A stretch of DNA of 64,000 nt from Chrysomallon squamiferum. Lineage: Eukaryota; Animalia; Mollusca. Positions 1 through 13,322 of the stretch are shown one piece after another (position 1 is the first letter of the stretch; each line of letters begins with the position of its first letter). A program made the position numbers and the translations under genes. The stretch is taken from positions 4,340,001 through 4,404,000 of the forward strand of contig CM022678.1 of the NCBI GenBank assembly GCA_012295275.1. Reading direction: 5' to 3'. The notes under the pieces were generated by a model, which searched no databases, was not told where the DNA came from, and saw only the letters and a list, made by a program, of their open reading frames with translations.

Positions 1-19
1 ACCACGATTTGTGTCGTAG
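1..19 (+). CDS. 3' end of signal-peptide exon of a Cys/His-rich peptide precursor (start codon lies upstream of the window)
   Basis: Frame 1 reads ACC ACG ATT TGT GTC GTA G (TTICVV + G), followed by a TAG|GTATAT donor. G plus the CA of the next exon gives Ala, creating a hydrophobic ICVVAHA signal-peptide-like end. Only 19 nt are visible. Confidence 0.6.
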
Positions 20-495
20 GTATATGAGTTGTATTAGTGAGTTGTTACAGTATTAGTATACAGTATTACCTAGTATTAGTATATGAGTTGCATTAGTATT
101 GAGTATGAGTTGTTACAGTATTAGTATATGAGTTACAGTATTAGTATATGAGTTGTTACAGTATTTTATGAACATTGTGTAGTTGTTACAGTATTAGTGT
201 ATGAGTTGTTACAGTATTAGTATATGAGTTGTTACAGTATTAGTATATGAGTTGTTACAGTATTAGTATATGAGTTGTTACAGTATTAGTGTATGAGTTG
301 TTACAGTATTAGTGTAGGAGTTGTTACAGTATTAGTATATGAGTTGTTACAGTATTAGTATATGAGTTGTTATAGTATTAGTATATGAGTTGTTACAGTA
401 TTAGTATATGAGTTGTTACAGTATTAGTATATGAGTTGTTATAGTATTAGTATATGAGTTGTTACAGTATTAGTATATGAGTTGTTACAGTATTC
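20..495. repeat. 23-bp minisatellite (GTTGTTACAGTATTAGTATATGA)n, about 20 copies, in the first visible intron
   Basis: Direct reading of the tandem units; a few degenerate units at the 5' end. Confidence 0.95.
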
Positions 496-514
496 GTTCT
501 AATATTAGTTTATG

Positions 515-618
<104 letters not shown>

Positions 619-661
619 TACTAATCTCTTTCTCACTTCATCTATTGTTTTTTTTTTCCAG

Positions 662-679
662 CACATGCTACCCTTCTGA
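662..679 (+). CDS. 18-nt micro-exon of the precursor, (A)HATLL(N): signal-peptide cleavage site and short propeptide
   Basis: Branch-like CTAAT at ~621, long pyrimidine tract and ccag acceptor, then CACATGCTACCCTTCTGA, then a consensus gtaagt donor. Phase 1-1, in frame with the exon at 910 (A+AC = Asn). Confidence 0.75.
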   Translation, partial: HMLPF

Positions 680-909
680 GTAAGTATCACTGCTTCAACT
701 TGTCATAACTACAAATATCAGTAAAAGAGGTATAACTATAAAGAAAAGACGAATAAATGGTTCAGAACTTGCAGTAACAAATCGTGGAGAGAGACCATCC
801 GTATCAGCGACTTTATGTACCTTTAATGGAAGCAGGTCACGTGTGTAAAACTGTAAAATACTGTTCTGAGGTGCAAGAATAACGAAATGACGTATATTTT
901 TTATTTCAG

Positions 910-1002
910 ACGTGAAAAGACAGGAATCTGACTGCACCAGTGATGATGACTGTGCGCCGCATGAGTGCTGTCGTAACGGACTTTGTCATCATGACCATTG
1001 TC
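910..1002 (+). CDS. Cys/His-rich module exon 1: (N)VKRQESDCTSDDDCAPHECCRNGLCHHDHC
   Basis: ttatttcag acceptor, gtatgt donor, 93 nt, phase 1-1. Six Cys spaced C-x5-C-x4-CC-x4-C-x4-C, with a KR dibasic site followed by Gln. Confidence 0.9.
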
Positions 1003-1009
1003 GTATGTA

Positions 1010-1063
<54 letters not shown>

Positions 1064-1431
1064 GAATAATAACAACAGTAGTAGTAGTAGTAGTAATAAC
1101 AATAGTAGTAGTAGTAGTAATAATAACAATAGCAGTAGTAGTGATGAAGATAATAATGATGATAATGATGATCATGGCAACAACTACTACAACAACAACG
1201 CTAACATCTACAGTAATAATAATAATAACAACATCAACAACAACAACAATAATAATAATAATAATGAAAGAAAAGAAATTAAATTAAATTAAATTAAATT
1301 AAAGAAACCTCAATATTAATAAACAATTTCCATCGTTGTGACTTTACGTGCCTTTCATGGGATCGGGTCACATGTGTAAATGTAGATTTGTGTAAAAGAA
1401 GATAAACAGAAGTGTTTTTCTTTTGTTTTAG

Positions 1432-1509
1432 ACCCAGCATGTAGCAGTGATGCTGACTGTGATCAACACCAGTGCTGTCGTAACGGATTTTGTCATCATG
1501 ACCATTGTC
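1432..1509 (+). CDS. Cys/His-rich module exon 2: (H)PACSSDADCDQHQCCRNGFCHHDHC
   Basis: ttttgttttag acceptor, gtgagt donor, 78 nt, phase 1-1, same cysteine spacing, no KR site. Confidence 0.9.
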
Positions 1510-1532
1510 GTGAGTATTGTTGTAGTCGAAGC

Positions 1533-1569
<37 letters not shown>

Positions 1570-2041
1570 GCAATGGTAATAATGTAATACTAAGAAGAAG
1601 AAGAAGAAGAATAGCAGTAGTAACATTAGTAGTAGTAGTAGTAGTAGTAGTAGTACTAGTAGTAGTAGTAGTAGTAGTAACAGTAGTAGTAATAATAACA
1701 ACAGTAGTAGTAGTAGTAGTAATAACAATAGTAGTAGTAGTGATGAAGATAATGATGATAATGATGATCATGGTAACAACTACTACAACAACAACGCTAA
1801 CATCTACAGTAATAATAATAATAACAACATCAACAACAACAACAATAATAATAATAATAATAATGAAAGAAAAGAAATTAAATTAAATTAAATTAAATTA
1901 AAGAAACCTCAATATTAATAAACAAACAAATTCCATCACTGTGACTTTATATGCCTTTCATGGGATCGGGTCACATGTGTAAAGTGTAGGTGTAGATTTG
2001 TGTAAAAGAAGATAAAGAGAAGTGTTTTTCTTTTGTTTTAG

Positions 2042-2119
2042 ACCCAGCATGTAGCAGTGATGCTGACTGTGATCAACACCAGTGCTGTCGTAACGGATTT
2101 TGTCATCATGACCATTGTC
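2042..2119 (+). CDS. Cys/His-rich module exon 3, identical to 1432-1509
   Basis: ttttgttttag acceptor, gtgagc donor, 78 nt, nucleotide-identical to the previous exon. Confidence 0.85.
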
Positions 2120-2142
2120 GTGAGCATTGTTGTATTCGAAGC

Positions 2143-2194
<52 letters not shown>

Positions 2195-2769
2195 GCAATG
2201 GTAATAATGTAATACTAAGAAGAAGAAGAAGAATAGCAGTAGTAACATTCGTAGTAGTAGTAGCAGTAGTAGTAGTAGTAGTAGTAGTAGTAATTCATTT
2301 ATTTATTTTTATATATATTTCATACCGAAAAAACTTTTTTCCAAAAAATAAATTAAAAATACTAAGAAAATTAATTTTGTTTTCCTTTTATCGTTAAACA
2401 AACAAAAAAAATAAAATAATAATAATAATAATAACCTAAAAATTAAATGAAGTGAAATGAAATAAAATAAAATAATGAATTAACAAAAATCAAACAAATC
2501 CTGCTTTAGAAGTGTATTCATTTTCATCTGTTAAATAGAGATCCATTCTTTATTTTTCAAGTAAAGATTTAGCCAGTATTCAAAAATCCGGATCATTTCC
2601 GGTTCACGCTTGCCGGATAAATAGTTCAGTATCCACAGTAATAAATCTTGCAGAACCGATCGATTACAGCGACTTTATGTACCTTTAATGGAAACAAGTC
2701 ACATACTGAAATACTGTTTTGAGCTGTGAGAATAAAGAAAAAATATATTTTTATTTTATTTTATTTCAG

Positions 2770-2862
2770 ACGTGAAGAGACAGAAAATTCACTGCACCAG
2801 TGATGATGACTGTCCCCAGCATGAGTGCTGTCGTAACGGACTTTGTCATCATGATCATTGTC
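2770..2862 (+). CDS. Cys/His-rich module exon 4: (H)VKRQKIHCTSDDDCPQHECCRNGLCHHDHC
   Basis: ttatttcag acceptor, gttagt donor, 93 nt, phase 1-1. Paralogous to 910-1002, including the upstream intron sequence; second KR-Q site. Confidence 0.9.
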
Positions 2863-3029
2863 GTTAGTATAGTTGTAGTAGTGGTAGTAGTAGTAGTAGT
2901 AGTAGTGTTAGTAGTAGTAGTAGTAATAGTAGTAGTAGTAGTAGTAGTAGTAGTAATAGTAGTAGTAATAATAGTAATAGTAGTAGTCGAAAGATGATGA
3001 TAAATGTAAAAAGTAATTTCAAAATGTTT

Positions 3030-3067
<38 letters not shown>

Positions 3068-3115
3068 TAACGTTTATACAGCATTTTCTTCTTTTTATTG
3101 GTTTGTTATTATTAT

Positions 3116-3147
<32 letters not shown>

Positions 3148-3184
3148 CTGATTTCATTATATGTATATTTCTCTTTCGTCTTAG

Positions 3185-3189
3185 ATTAA
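3185..3189 (+). CDS. Coding part of the terminal exon: completes the final His (C+AT) and the TAA stop
   Basis: tttctctttcgtcttag acceptor then AT TAA. This gives the same HHDHCH ending as the internal modules. Confidence 0.7.
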
Positions 3190-3263
3190 ATAAAAACCTT
3201 GGCATGGAACGTACAATGGTATGACACCTTTCGAAATTACTTAATGTAATCATATACAGTATC

Positions 3264-3269
3264 AATAAA
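3264..3269 (+). promoter_or_regulatory. Candidate polyadenylation signal of the precursor gene
   Basis: AATAAA ~75 nt after the stop codon, with a T-rich stretch at ~3293-3310 downstream. Confidence 0.45.
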
Positions 3270-3586
3270 AATAATACAAAAATGTACTACGTCTTAGTTT
3301 TCTTTCTGCTCGATTCAAGCACGAATGACATGCACCAGGAACTCTTTGTCACTCCCTAAAACAAACGGACACAAGTAACTCTGTGGTTTATTTCCCGTTC
3401 TACCTCGAGCTGTTTATCTGGTAGATCAAGACCCAGAAAAAGGACAGATAAAAGAAATATTCATTGTTATCGATAAAGATTTTCAGTTAGTTATGTCATA
3501 GCGAGTTTCTTCTCTCTTATCATTAAAAACAAAAATAATTATCTGCTGGCACAAGTATATTGTAATGGAGACGCACACACACACAA

Positions 3587-3619
<33 letters not shown>

Positions 3620-4300
3620 TATATATACACATACATATGAATATATATATACACATACACACATACATAAACATGAGTACACAACAGGACATAATTACTT
3701 TCAGAAATGACGTAATAAGAAGACAGATAATCATTTGTTAATTTCCAGTCAGTTTAAATAAATCACTGACATCATCCTGCTGCCCAGCATTACGTACATC
3801 ATGTTTGTCTTTATGAACTTACTTACGACCTCACCGTTCTTCATCCCTCTACATACATCTGTGAGCGTTTTGTCGGGCGATGCACTCGTAGAGTTAAAAA
3901 CACACCCAGGGGAGTGATGGTGTAATAAGATAGAAAGAAAACAGACCTCTCCCACTGCTACAAGCTGTGTAAGTAAAACAAGAGCTGGAAATATCCAGGC
4001 TCCGATCTGGTAGTTCTCTGATGTGACGTTTGAGAAAAGAGGTGAATTTCAGCTCATTTGTTTTTGTGACAACGGGGAGAATTGTGAAGCACTTCAGAGA
4101 GAGTACTTACATTTAGATATTTAATATATTACTACTACTACTAGTGCTACTACTACTAATACTATTGCGAATGCTACTACTACTACTACTCCTGCCACTA
4201 CTCCTGCCACTACAACTACTACTGCTTTTGGTGCTGGTGCTGCTGTTACTGCAAATCTGACTTCAAATACAGTCATTTAATATACCAATTATACTACTAT

Positions 4301-4331
<31 letters not shown>

Positions 4332-4829
4332 GCTACTATTACTACTGTTGCTGTTGCTTAGTAAAAGAATATCATAAGGTTGTAACCACATCGAGAATTG
4401 TAAATCTTAATGTACTTTCAGAATGAGGGAAAATCTACTTTTCGGACTTATTTTTAGTCATTTTTCTGTCACTAGTACTACCACTATACTACTGCTACTG
4501 CTACTACTACTACTACCACTACTACTACTGATACTACAATTACTACTACTACTGCTACTACAACTACTAGTACTACTACTATTTGTCTTAGTAATAATAA
4601 TAATGATCAGGATCTCGAAGAGGGGGTAAAAAGAGGGTTGGCACCCCCACCCTGTTTCCACAACTGTTCTGCTCCTTAATTAGTTATTATTTCAATAATG
4701 AAAACATTAAAACACAACAAAAAAAAAAACTCAGGATAAGTATAAAAAGAATGTACCGTAATTTATCCCTGAAGAAAAAGAAGAAAAAAAAGAGAAAAGA
4801 AATGAAGCATGCCAAAATAAACGACAACG

Positions 4830-5256
4830 CCAGACGTAATAAACAGATAGATTTTTTTTTTTGTTTTATCGCCCGGCTTACGGATTCCTTACCATGATAG
4901 TTTCCGGTGACCGTGACCTGACACCTGCACGTGCTTCTTGCCGGTGTTGGTTGAAATCCAGGTTTTGTTGTACGAGAACAAAAAAAAAGAATCAACGTGA
5001 CGTTCTGGCTGTTGGGAGAGTGATAAAACATTTTAAAAATAACGTTTGAAGTTTTTATTTAATTTAAATTAAAAAAAAAAAAAAAAAAAAGGCGACGGAA
5101 TCTTAATTGGCGTGACGATAAATTACGAATTTCTTTGATGTTAATTAGTGTGCGCATGTTCGAAAAATTAAACAACTTAGAGGTTAAATGGCGTACGTGT
5201 ACGCAAGTGTGAAAGTGTTATGTTACCCACGGCCTGAGGTTTTGAGCTTGGTAAGT
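4830..5256 (+). promoter_or_regulatory. CpG-enriched island with a possible first exon ending at the donor at 5251
   Basis: Local CpG density is above background, with an E-box CACGTG, aaATGG at 5188 opening MAYVYASVKVLCYPRPEVLSL, and TTG|GTAAGT at 5250/5251. No downstream exon identified. Confidence 0.3.
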
Positions 5257-6039
5257 AATTCAGTATTTTATGAGCTTATCTAACAGAAACAATAAGGTAC
5301 GCGCCTCTGTGTAAGAACATTTCATTAACACCCTTCGTAGATTGTTGGCTGGCTGTGTGTTTTTCTCTGTGCGTGGGTGTATGTGGAAGTATTAACGATC
5401 TGTTTCATAGTGCCATGAATGTACATAGGAATATGATGAATAATAAAAAGAGCATCAGCAACATCAACAATAAACAGGAAAGTAATAGTAGTAATAGTGG
5501 TGGTGGTGGTGGTAGTAGTAGTAGTAGTGTTAATAATAGTAGCACTAGTTACGTAGTAACAACAACAACAACATATTTAAAAGATTATATCCAGAATCCG
5601 AGTCGATATATACAAAATTATTTCCATAAAGATTCAAAAGTGTTCGTATTTATTTTGAATTTTTCACTTTTTTTCTTGAAAAATGACACCCAGGTAACTT
5701 ATCACAAGTGTTGAACAGACAAACCACCTCATTCCAAATTTATTAGAGAATGTATACTTTGTTGTTTTTTTGCTTTTGTTTTGCTGTTTTTCTGTTCATT
5801 TGTCTCTCGCCAACAGATGCTATCTCGGTAACAGGTTGTTCTTTCACAAATATTGAAAAAAGGAAAGGTTTCGCTGTTCGGGATACTTGAGAGAGAAACA
5901 TTTGGATAATAATGATAAGAAGCGAGAAAGAGTAATGATGAAAATGGATCAGATAAGAAAGAAAATGAGAAGCAGGAGCACAGATGTATTAGATAGGTTT
6001 GTGTGTCTGTGTCTGTGTCTCTGTGTGTGTGTCTCTGTG

Positions 6040-6184
<145 letters not shown>

Positions 6185-6555
6185 AGCGCAGTGCTATCAT
6201 GGAAACAACACACGAAGATAACGGAAGTAAAATCGAAAACGTGAATCAATCACTGAAACGTTTAGAGTCAATTTCAGTCACACTTGATTGAACACGTGCT
6301 AAATCAGCCTCGATCTCACCGTTAATTGGCTTTATTCTTTAAGATCGTTCAGCCTTACGAACCTTTAATGATAACAAAGGAGATGAATGCAAACTGTTGA
6401 TGTTTTTTGTTGTTTCAGCTGGTAGGGCGAGTCTAAAAATGTCCTGTAAAATATCCAAAATGAATTCAGTGTTTTGTGTAGTGAGAATCAGATTGGGACA
6501 CAATTAGTTACTGTTTTCATGATGATGATATGGGTGATAACAGCACATACGCAGA

Positions 6556-6646
<91 letters not shown>

Positions 6647-7406
6647 AGTCTGTGCGTGCATGTGCGACTATGTACACAAACAGTAATTTGCAGTTAGTGT
6701 TGTTGATGTTCTGTTGTTGCTGTTGTTATTATTATTATTATATTGATATTTGTAAAAACGTCTCTAAATACGTTTTTTCTTCTGTATCTTTTCTCAGTCT
6801 ATTTAATTTCTGTCTTTTTTAAAGCCTTACAAAGCTTTACATTTTTCATGAATCTAAAAACTGCCTCTTCCTGCACAATACTTTTTTCTTTTTATTATTT
6901 TTTTTTTATTTATTCTTCTTCTTTTCCTGGCTAACGTTGTTAGCCACTGAATTGCTCTCAAATTCAGAGACCTAGCCCTAAAGGCAAAAGACAAATCTCG
7001 AAAAAATAGTGAAATCCAAACAGAAAGTAGATTACCGGTAATCCTTCTTAAGCTCATTACGAAAGCCAGGGTCACGAGAAAGTAACTGGAAAAAAAAAAA
7101 AAAAACGTTATATTGCTACGTCATAATGACCCGTTGTATTTTTGCCGTTATATCACGAGGGAAATGAGATATAAGGAAGTAATTATGGCGACTACGAATG
7201 TAAGGGATTTGCGAAACGTTTTGCTGACTCGGCCGATTATTAACGCAGTCTTGAATGGATCAATGGAATGAGGGAACGAAATCGAAAATGTTTTGAATGG
7301 AAGAAACCGGATTGTAAAGAGAAGATGGAAAGTGGGATGAGTAAAAATTAATATTCTACGTCATTAGTGGTTGAATACTGAATGTTTACAGGAGGAGGGA
7401 GGGAGG

Positions 7407-7490
<84 letters not shown>

Positions 7491-8133
7491 AAATGTCTCG
7501 ACTAATCTATTCGCTGTCTTTATCAGTGTATCTGTCTAGCCATCTCTCTATCTTTTTGTCAGTCTGTTTATCTGTCTGTCTATCACTCACTGTATCTATC
7601 AAACGTTCTGTCTGTCTTTCTATTTCTATCTTAATGTACACATACATGCACGCATACACACACGTATATATAAACACCCGTATATATATATATTTTTTAT
7701 GTACAGATTTGTTCTTAATTCTATGACCACTACTCTCCCCGAAGGCAGCTCGTATCCACAGCTTCTAGAATATTCTGTCCAAAATTGAATTTTCTCAGAA
7801 CTGTGAGAAAATGGAACATTTTTAAATTTCTTTTCATCGTCAGGATAATGGGCTAGTAACTGCGATCCTGTATCTACAGAGAGAGAGAAACAGCGGTTTT
7901 CTCGAAACGAAAGATAAAACTGTTTACAAATAAACGGAGACTAGTTTTGTTTTTCAAATGTTTTATGTTTGTTTTTCAAGTAATTACAGATAATTTCGTT
8001 TGGCTGGAGTAAGTGCAATATCGTGTCAGACAAATAGAAGGAACAATTTGTTTTAACTTTTGACGTCCTTTTTAAGTAATTTATACGTTTTTAAAAGTTT
8101 GTGTATAGTGACAATTATTTATATGTTATTTAT

Positions 8134-8229
<96 letters not shown>

Positions 8230-9091
8230 GGTATATATCATTCTTTCTGTGTCTCTCTTTTTCCAAAGAAACAACAACAGCAATAATAACAGTAATAAGA
8301 AGAAGAAGGAGAAGAAACATGAAATTAAATAAATGAAAAAAAAACAACATTAATAAGTAAAAATATATATATATATAATAAATGAAATAAAATAATATAA
8401 AATATAAATAAATAAATAAAGCTATATACAATAACAAAAAAATAATAATAATAAATAAAAATTGATAAATAAGTAAAGAAGTGTTAATAATTCGTCTGTA
8501 TCACGGAGAACGTTTCGAAGATTTGTATCGTCTGTTTTTGCACACGACAAGCTGTATTAAGAAGGGAGGCAATCCAAAAATCGACAAATGGCGCGACAAT
8601 AAATTACGGTTTTGTTTGATGTTAACCAGACACATTAAGAACAAGAATGTAATTGATCGTGGCTATCTTTCATAATAAAACCTTCAAAGTTTTGATGATT
8701 AAAGCTTCAGACGAGAAGTTACAATTTATAGGATTTACAAGTCAAAACTTAATACACTTTTTTTTTCCCTCCTCTTTGTTGTTAGCCATGTCGAAAATAG
8801 ATCCAGTTATGTCCTCTTGATCTGTTTTGCTATCAGCGTAACCAGAACTAAATCTAGTATTTTTTCGCGTTCTTCGTATTTTTGAAGGGCAATAAATATC
8901 GACACACGAGTCGTCTTAATTAAATTGAATGCAACAGAAAGTGTCATTTTTAGATGTTTTAATAGTCTCAGTGTTTTGTAGGTTAAGGCGAAGCAGACAA
9001 ATTTTTATTGATTGTGTCATTCTTAGCTATAAAAACTAATCGAGGAAATTTATGGCATGGTGTTTCGGGGCCACAGAGTGATTTTCAAAAT

Positions 9092-9209
<118 letters not shown>

Positions 9210-9923
9210 CAGACCCATAAATCAGAAATTCATAAAGTATTTATTCATGTACAGATAATTAGCACTTGAATAAGATAACAGACACACATACATACACACA
9301 CACAGAGAGACACATGCACAATCCACCAATCCAAATACACCTACAAATACATACACGCGCACACAAATGCATACACGCACATACATACACTGATACTCAC
9401 ACACAAAATCACTCGGTAACCTAACACAGAAAACCCTCAAACATGCACACGAGCGGGCGCGTGAACACGCACACACACAATAAACTTCTAAGAAATCGAA
9501 ATCTCAGAAACAATCTGATCAAAACTAAGCCATGACATCCTCTTTATTAAAATTTTCACTCAGTTTATTACAACATGGACGTTCATCGCATTCACAGATA
9601 AAGATCCTAACTCAACCCACAGTTATCTGAATCTGACCTAAATACGTCATCTTTTTCGGCAGACGAATTATTTTTTTACGACGTTTACTCAGAAAATTCA
9701 ATGAAAAAAAAAACGGACGACAACGCTTATGATTTGTCTGATAAAATTACACCAATTATAGAACAAATAAACAATTTTCTTCTTTTTACTGTCAAACTAG
9801 ACATAATACTAGAAAAAAAAAAAAAATAAATAAATAAAATGAATTTTGTGACAGACACAAGAACCGATAATCGATTTGTAACTAATTCCTTTCTTTACTT
9901 TTTTAAGTCGTTTTAAAAAAAAA

Positions 9924-10023
<100 letters not shown>

Positions 10024-11234
10024 ATAGTTTTGTAGAAAATTAGCACTACTAGCATTCATTATCTATATAACAAGGATTCTAACTCTGCTCAGTTTGTAAT
10101 TTCTCTGAAGCTGTTTTCGTACGGCAGCAAAAATAACTTATAATGTAAACAACTTCATCGGTAATTGCAATCAAAAATTTGCTGAAGATACATTATCGCA
10201 AGAAAATGACCGTTCCTCAAAGTCACAGCGTGAAAACGCACCTTAAGACTTCATAATAGAACGTAATGACGCTGTAGCCAAGGTAACGAAGTACGTATAT
10301 ACTATAAATAGAATATGAAATAATAACGTAATTTCAGTAAGTCTGAAGTATAGCGCTGGTAATACCAGTTTCATTATTGTTAGATTTAGAATTACTTTTC
10401 GATCGATGTACAACAAGCATATTTGTGTTAATCAGTACTCGATCTGAAAATATTTGAAATAATTATAAAATTTTCATTTTCTAAGCGATGTGTTTATGAA
10501 AGTAATTATTGCGACAAAAGTGCTGATTCCAAGAAAAAAAAACAATATATGGAAGAACATTTTTAACAAATAATAAATAAATAAATAAAAATTAAATTAT
10601 TTAAATTAAAATTAAAATTAAATTAAATTAAATTAATAAATAAATAAAATACTGTTTACTTTTATCCATTTGAATTTCCTTCTTGTTTTCTTTTCTTCTT
10701 TTTTTTTTCTTCTCTTCTTTTTTGTCTTCTTTTCTGCCCATAACTTCCTTATGTTTTTTTTTTTTTCTTTCTATTTATTCTCTCTAAATATTACTGATCT
10801 TATTTTGGATAACACTATTAAAACTGAAGCCTTTATTTTTAGACATAAACTTTAAGGCAAGAGACTAAAAATAAAAGAAGAAAAGGAAGAAGAAGAGAAA
10901 AAAAACGATATATGGCTCCAAATGCGTCATTCCAATTTTACATACATACAAATGAACATGTATGTACGTGTGTGTACCTGAGTCTAATATTGTTATATTC
11001 TGAAAGAACAGAAGGGCGAAGGTGCGCGCGTGAATGTGCGAGAGTAAGTAGGCGTGCACGTGTTGTTTTTTTTTTTGTTGTTTTTTTTGTTTGTGTGCCA
11101 TCCATTGACTACAATCCAGTGTGTTATTGTTTAACATGAAGTGAAAGTTTCCTTTCATTTCTTTCGTACTGAAATGTCAAAATAAATACGTATTTGCAAA
11201 TTTAATCACAGAAGAAACAAAGATCAAACAAAGA

Positions 11235-11269
<35 letters not shown>

Positions 11270-11580
11270 TATGAAGATGTTATCTCAGTCAATGATGTCT
11301 GCCTATGACAGATGAGAGTGAAGGGAAATAACTCTGTAGTGTGTTTATCAAGCGTCAGTGAAAAGAAAACTGTGTAAATAATTAGCCGTTTGATATGGCT
11401 TGTGATATCTTTATATATATCACATGTATATATATATATATAGATAGATATCACATGAAATTAAACTGCTCATAAACAGCTTCGATATCAGTAGGTTTTA
11501 TTAATTTGGATAAGATTCGACGTAAATATGGTAGAAAATTAAATGAATAATGATAAGAAAGTTATCACACACCCAGGCAC

Positions 11581-11692
<112 letters not shown>

Positions 11693-12990
11693 ACTAGGCA
11701 ACGAAATAGAAACAGAGAAACACAGTGAGAGAGAGACAACGAAAGAAAGACAGACAGACAGACAGACAGACAGATATACCGATAAAAGAGACTGACTGAT
11801 GAAATGAAAAAAAAAAAAAAAATCGTGTTGACGTTACGCCAAATCTCACAGTACACTGAAACACTGCACAGTTATCTTGATTAGTCAGTTTGTTCTTTCT
11901 TCTTGATAAACACTGAATTCAATTACCAGAGACGCATCAGTCTGTTACGAGAGATACAAAACAGTTTGAGCTCGCGTGATATGTTTAGTCAGAGAATTAG
12001 GCTGAATAACCAGTGATAGTGAAAGGGCCTGAGGTGCTACGGGACACAGGATCATTCCCTGATGAAGAGTACATTACCCACTTACATTGGCTTTATCAGA
12101 AGGTCTTAATAGACGCCAGCACATTAATACAGTCGACACATTTTTACTAGAAAAAGAAACTGTTAGTACTATTTTCAGCTACAGTTACGATAATAATAAT
12201 GAGAACAAAAACAAATACTACTACTTCTACAGCTGCTTCTACTACTATTAATACTACTACAACTACTGCTGTTGCTATTACCACTATTACTGCTGGTGTT
12301 GTTATTAGTACTGCTACTACTAGTAGTAGTAATACCACAGTTACTACTGCTGCTACTAATACTACTGTTACTAGCCCTGCTGCTTCTAGTACAATTAGTA
12401 GAACAAATTATTACTACTACTACTACTATTATAACTACTACTACTACTACTATTACTATTGCTAAGATGTTCTACCATTTCTATTATCCTTATAATAAAA
12501 TAAAAAAATAAAACGAAAAAAGAAAACTAACAACAACAACAAAAAAAAAAAGCACACACACAAACACCCATACACACACACACAAAGAAGAAAAAAGAAA
12601 GGAATTACACACAACGACACACACACAATAAAAAGGAAAGTTCATTTTCATCAGAAATAACACTCAAGGACGCATGAACCGGAAATACGTCTATTACGTC
12701 ATTCAGTGGCGACATTCGTTTTTTTTTTTTTTTTTGTGTGTGTGTGTTTTTTTTAATGGCCATAACACTGTTTGCTTAGACAACATTTTGTCTTGATTGG
12801 ATCCATAAAGCAGTTTCTCCGACAAGTAACAGACCTATTTGTGCAATTGCCAATCACAAATATTTATTCGAGTCACGTAGAAAAATATTTCTCAAGAAGA
12901 AAAAAGGACTTGAGACTTCTGGTCCACAGTGTTTTATTGACACTAAAACTTAGCGAAGCAACGAAGTTAATCTTTCAAATCTGCAATGTC

Positions 12991-13030
<40 letters not shown>

Positions 13031-13131
13031 CCTAAATTGAATTCGTTGTTCAGCAACGTCATATTGTGAGTCATTGAAATAAGAGAATGGAATAGGGAAG
13101 GGACATAATAGAATAAATAAATAATTTAATG

Positions 13132-13282
<151 letters not shown>

Positions 13283-13287
13283 TAATG

Positions 13288-13322
<35 letters not shown>

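Larger units (their letters stand above)
1062..2292 (+). repeat. Two-copy ~610-bp tandem duplication of intron plus module exon
   Basis: Exons at 1432 and 2042 are 610 bp apart. Flanks (catggcaacaactactac..., aaattaaattaaagaaacctcaatatt..., gcaatggtaataatgtaatactaagaag) are repeated with a few substitutions and indels. Confidence 0.92.

Noticed and set aside
912-1292. 126-aa single-exon ORF MKRQESDC...SSSS...NNN
   Set aside because: Only 910-1002 is exonic. The start is a GTG (Val) just after an acceptor, and the Ser/Asn tail is read-through into intronic repeats past the gtatgt donor.
1294-2248. Duplicated minus-strand ORFs (...DNGHDDKIRYDSTGVDHSQHHCYMLG...)
   Set aside because: Antisense shadows of the + strand exons; splice signals and the cysteine pattern support the + strand.
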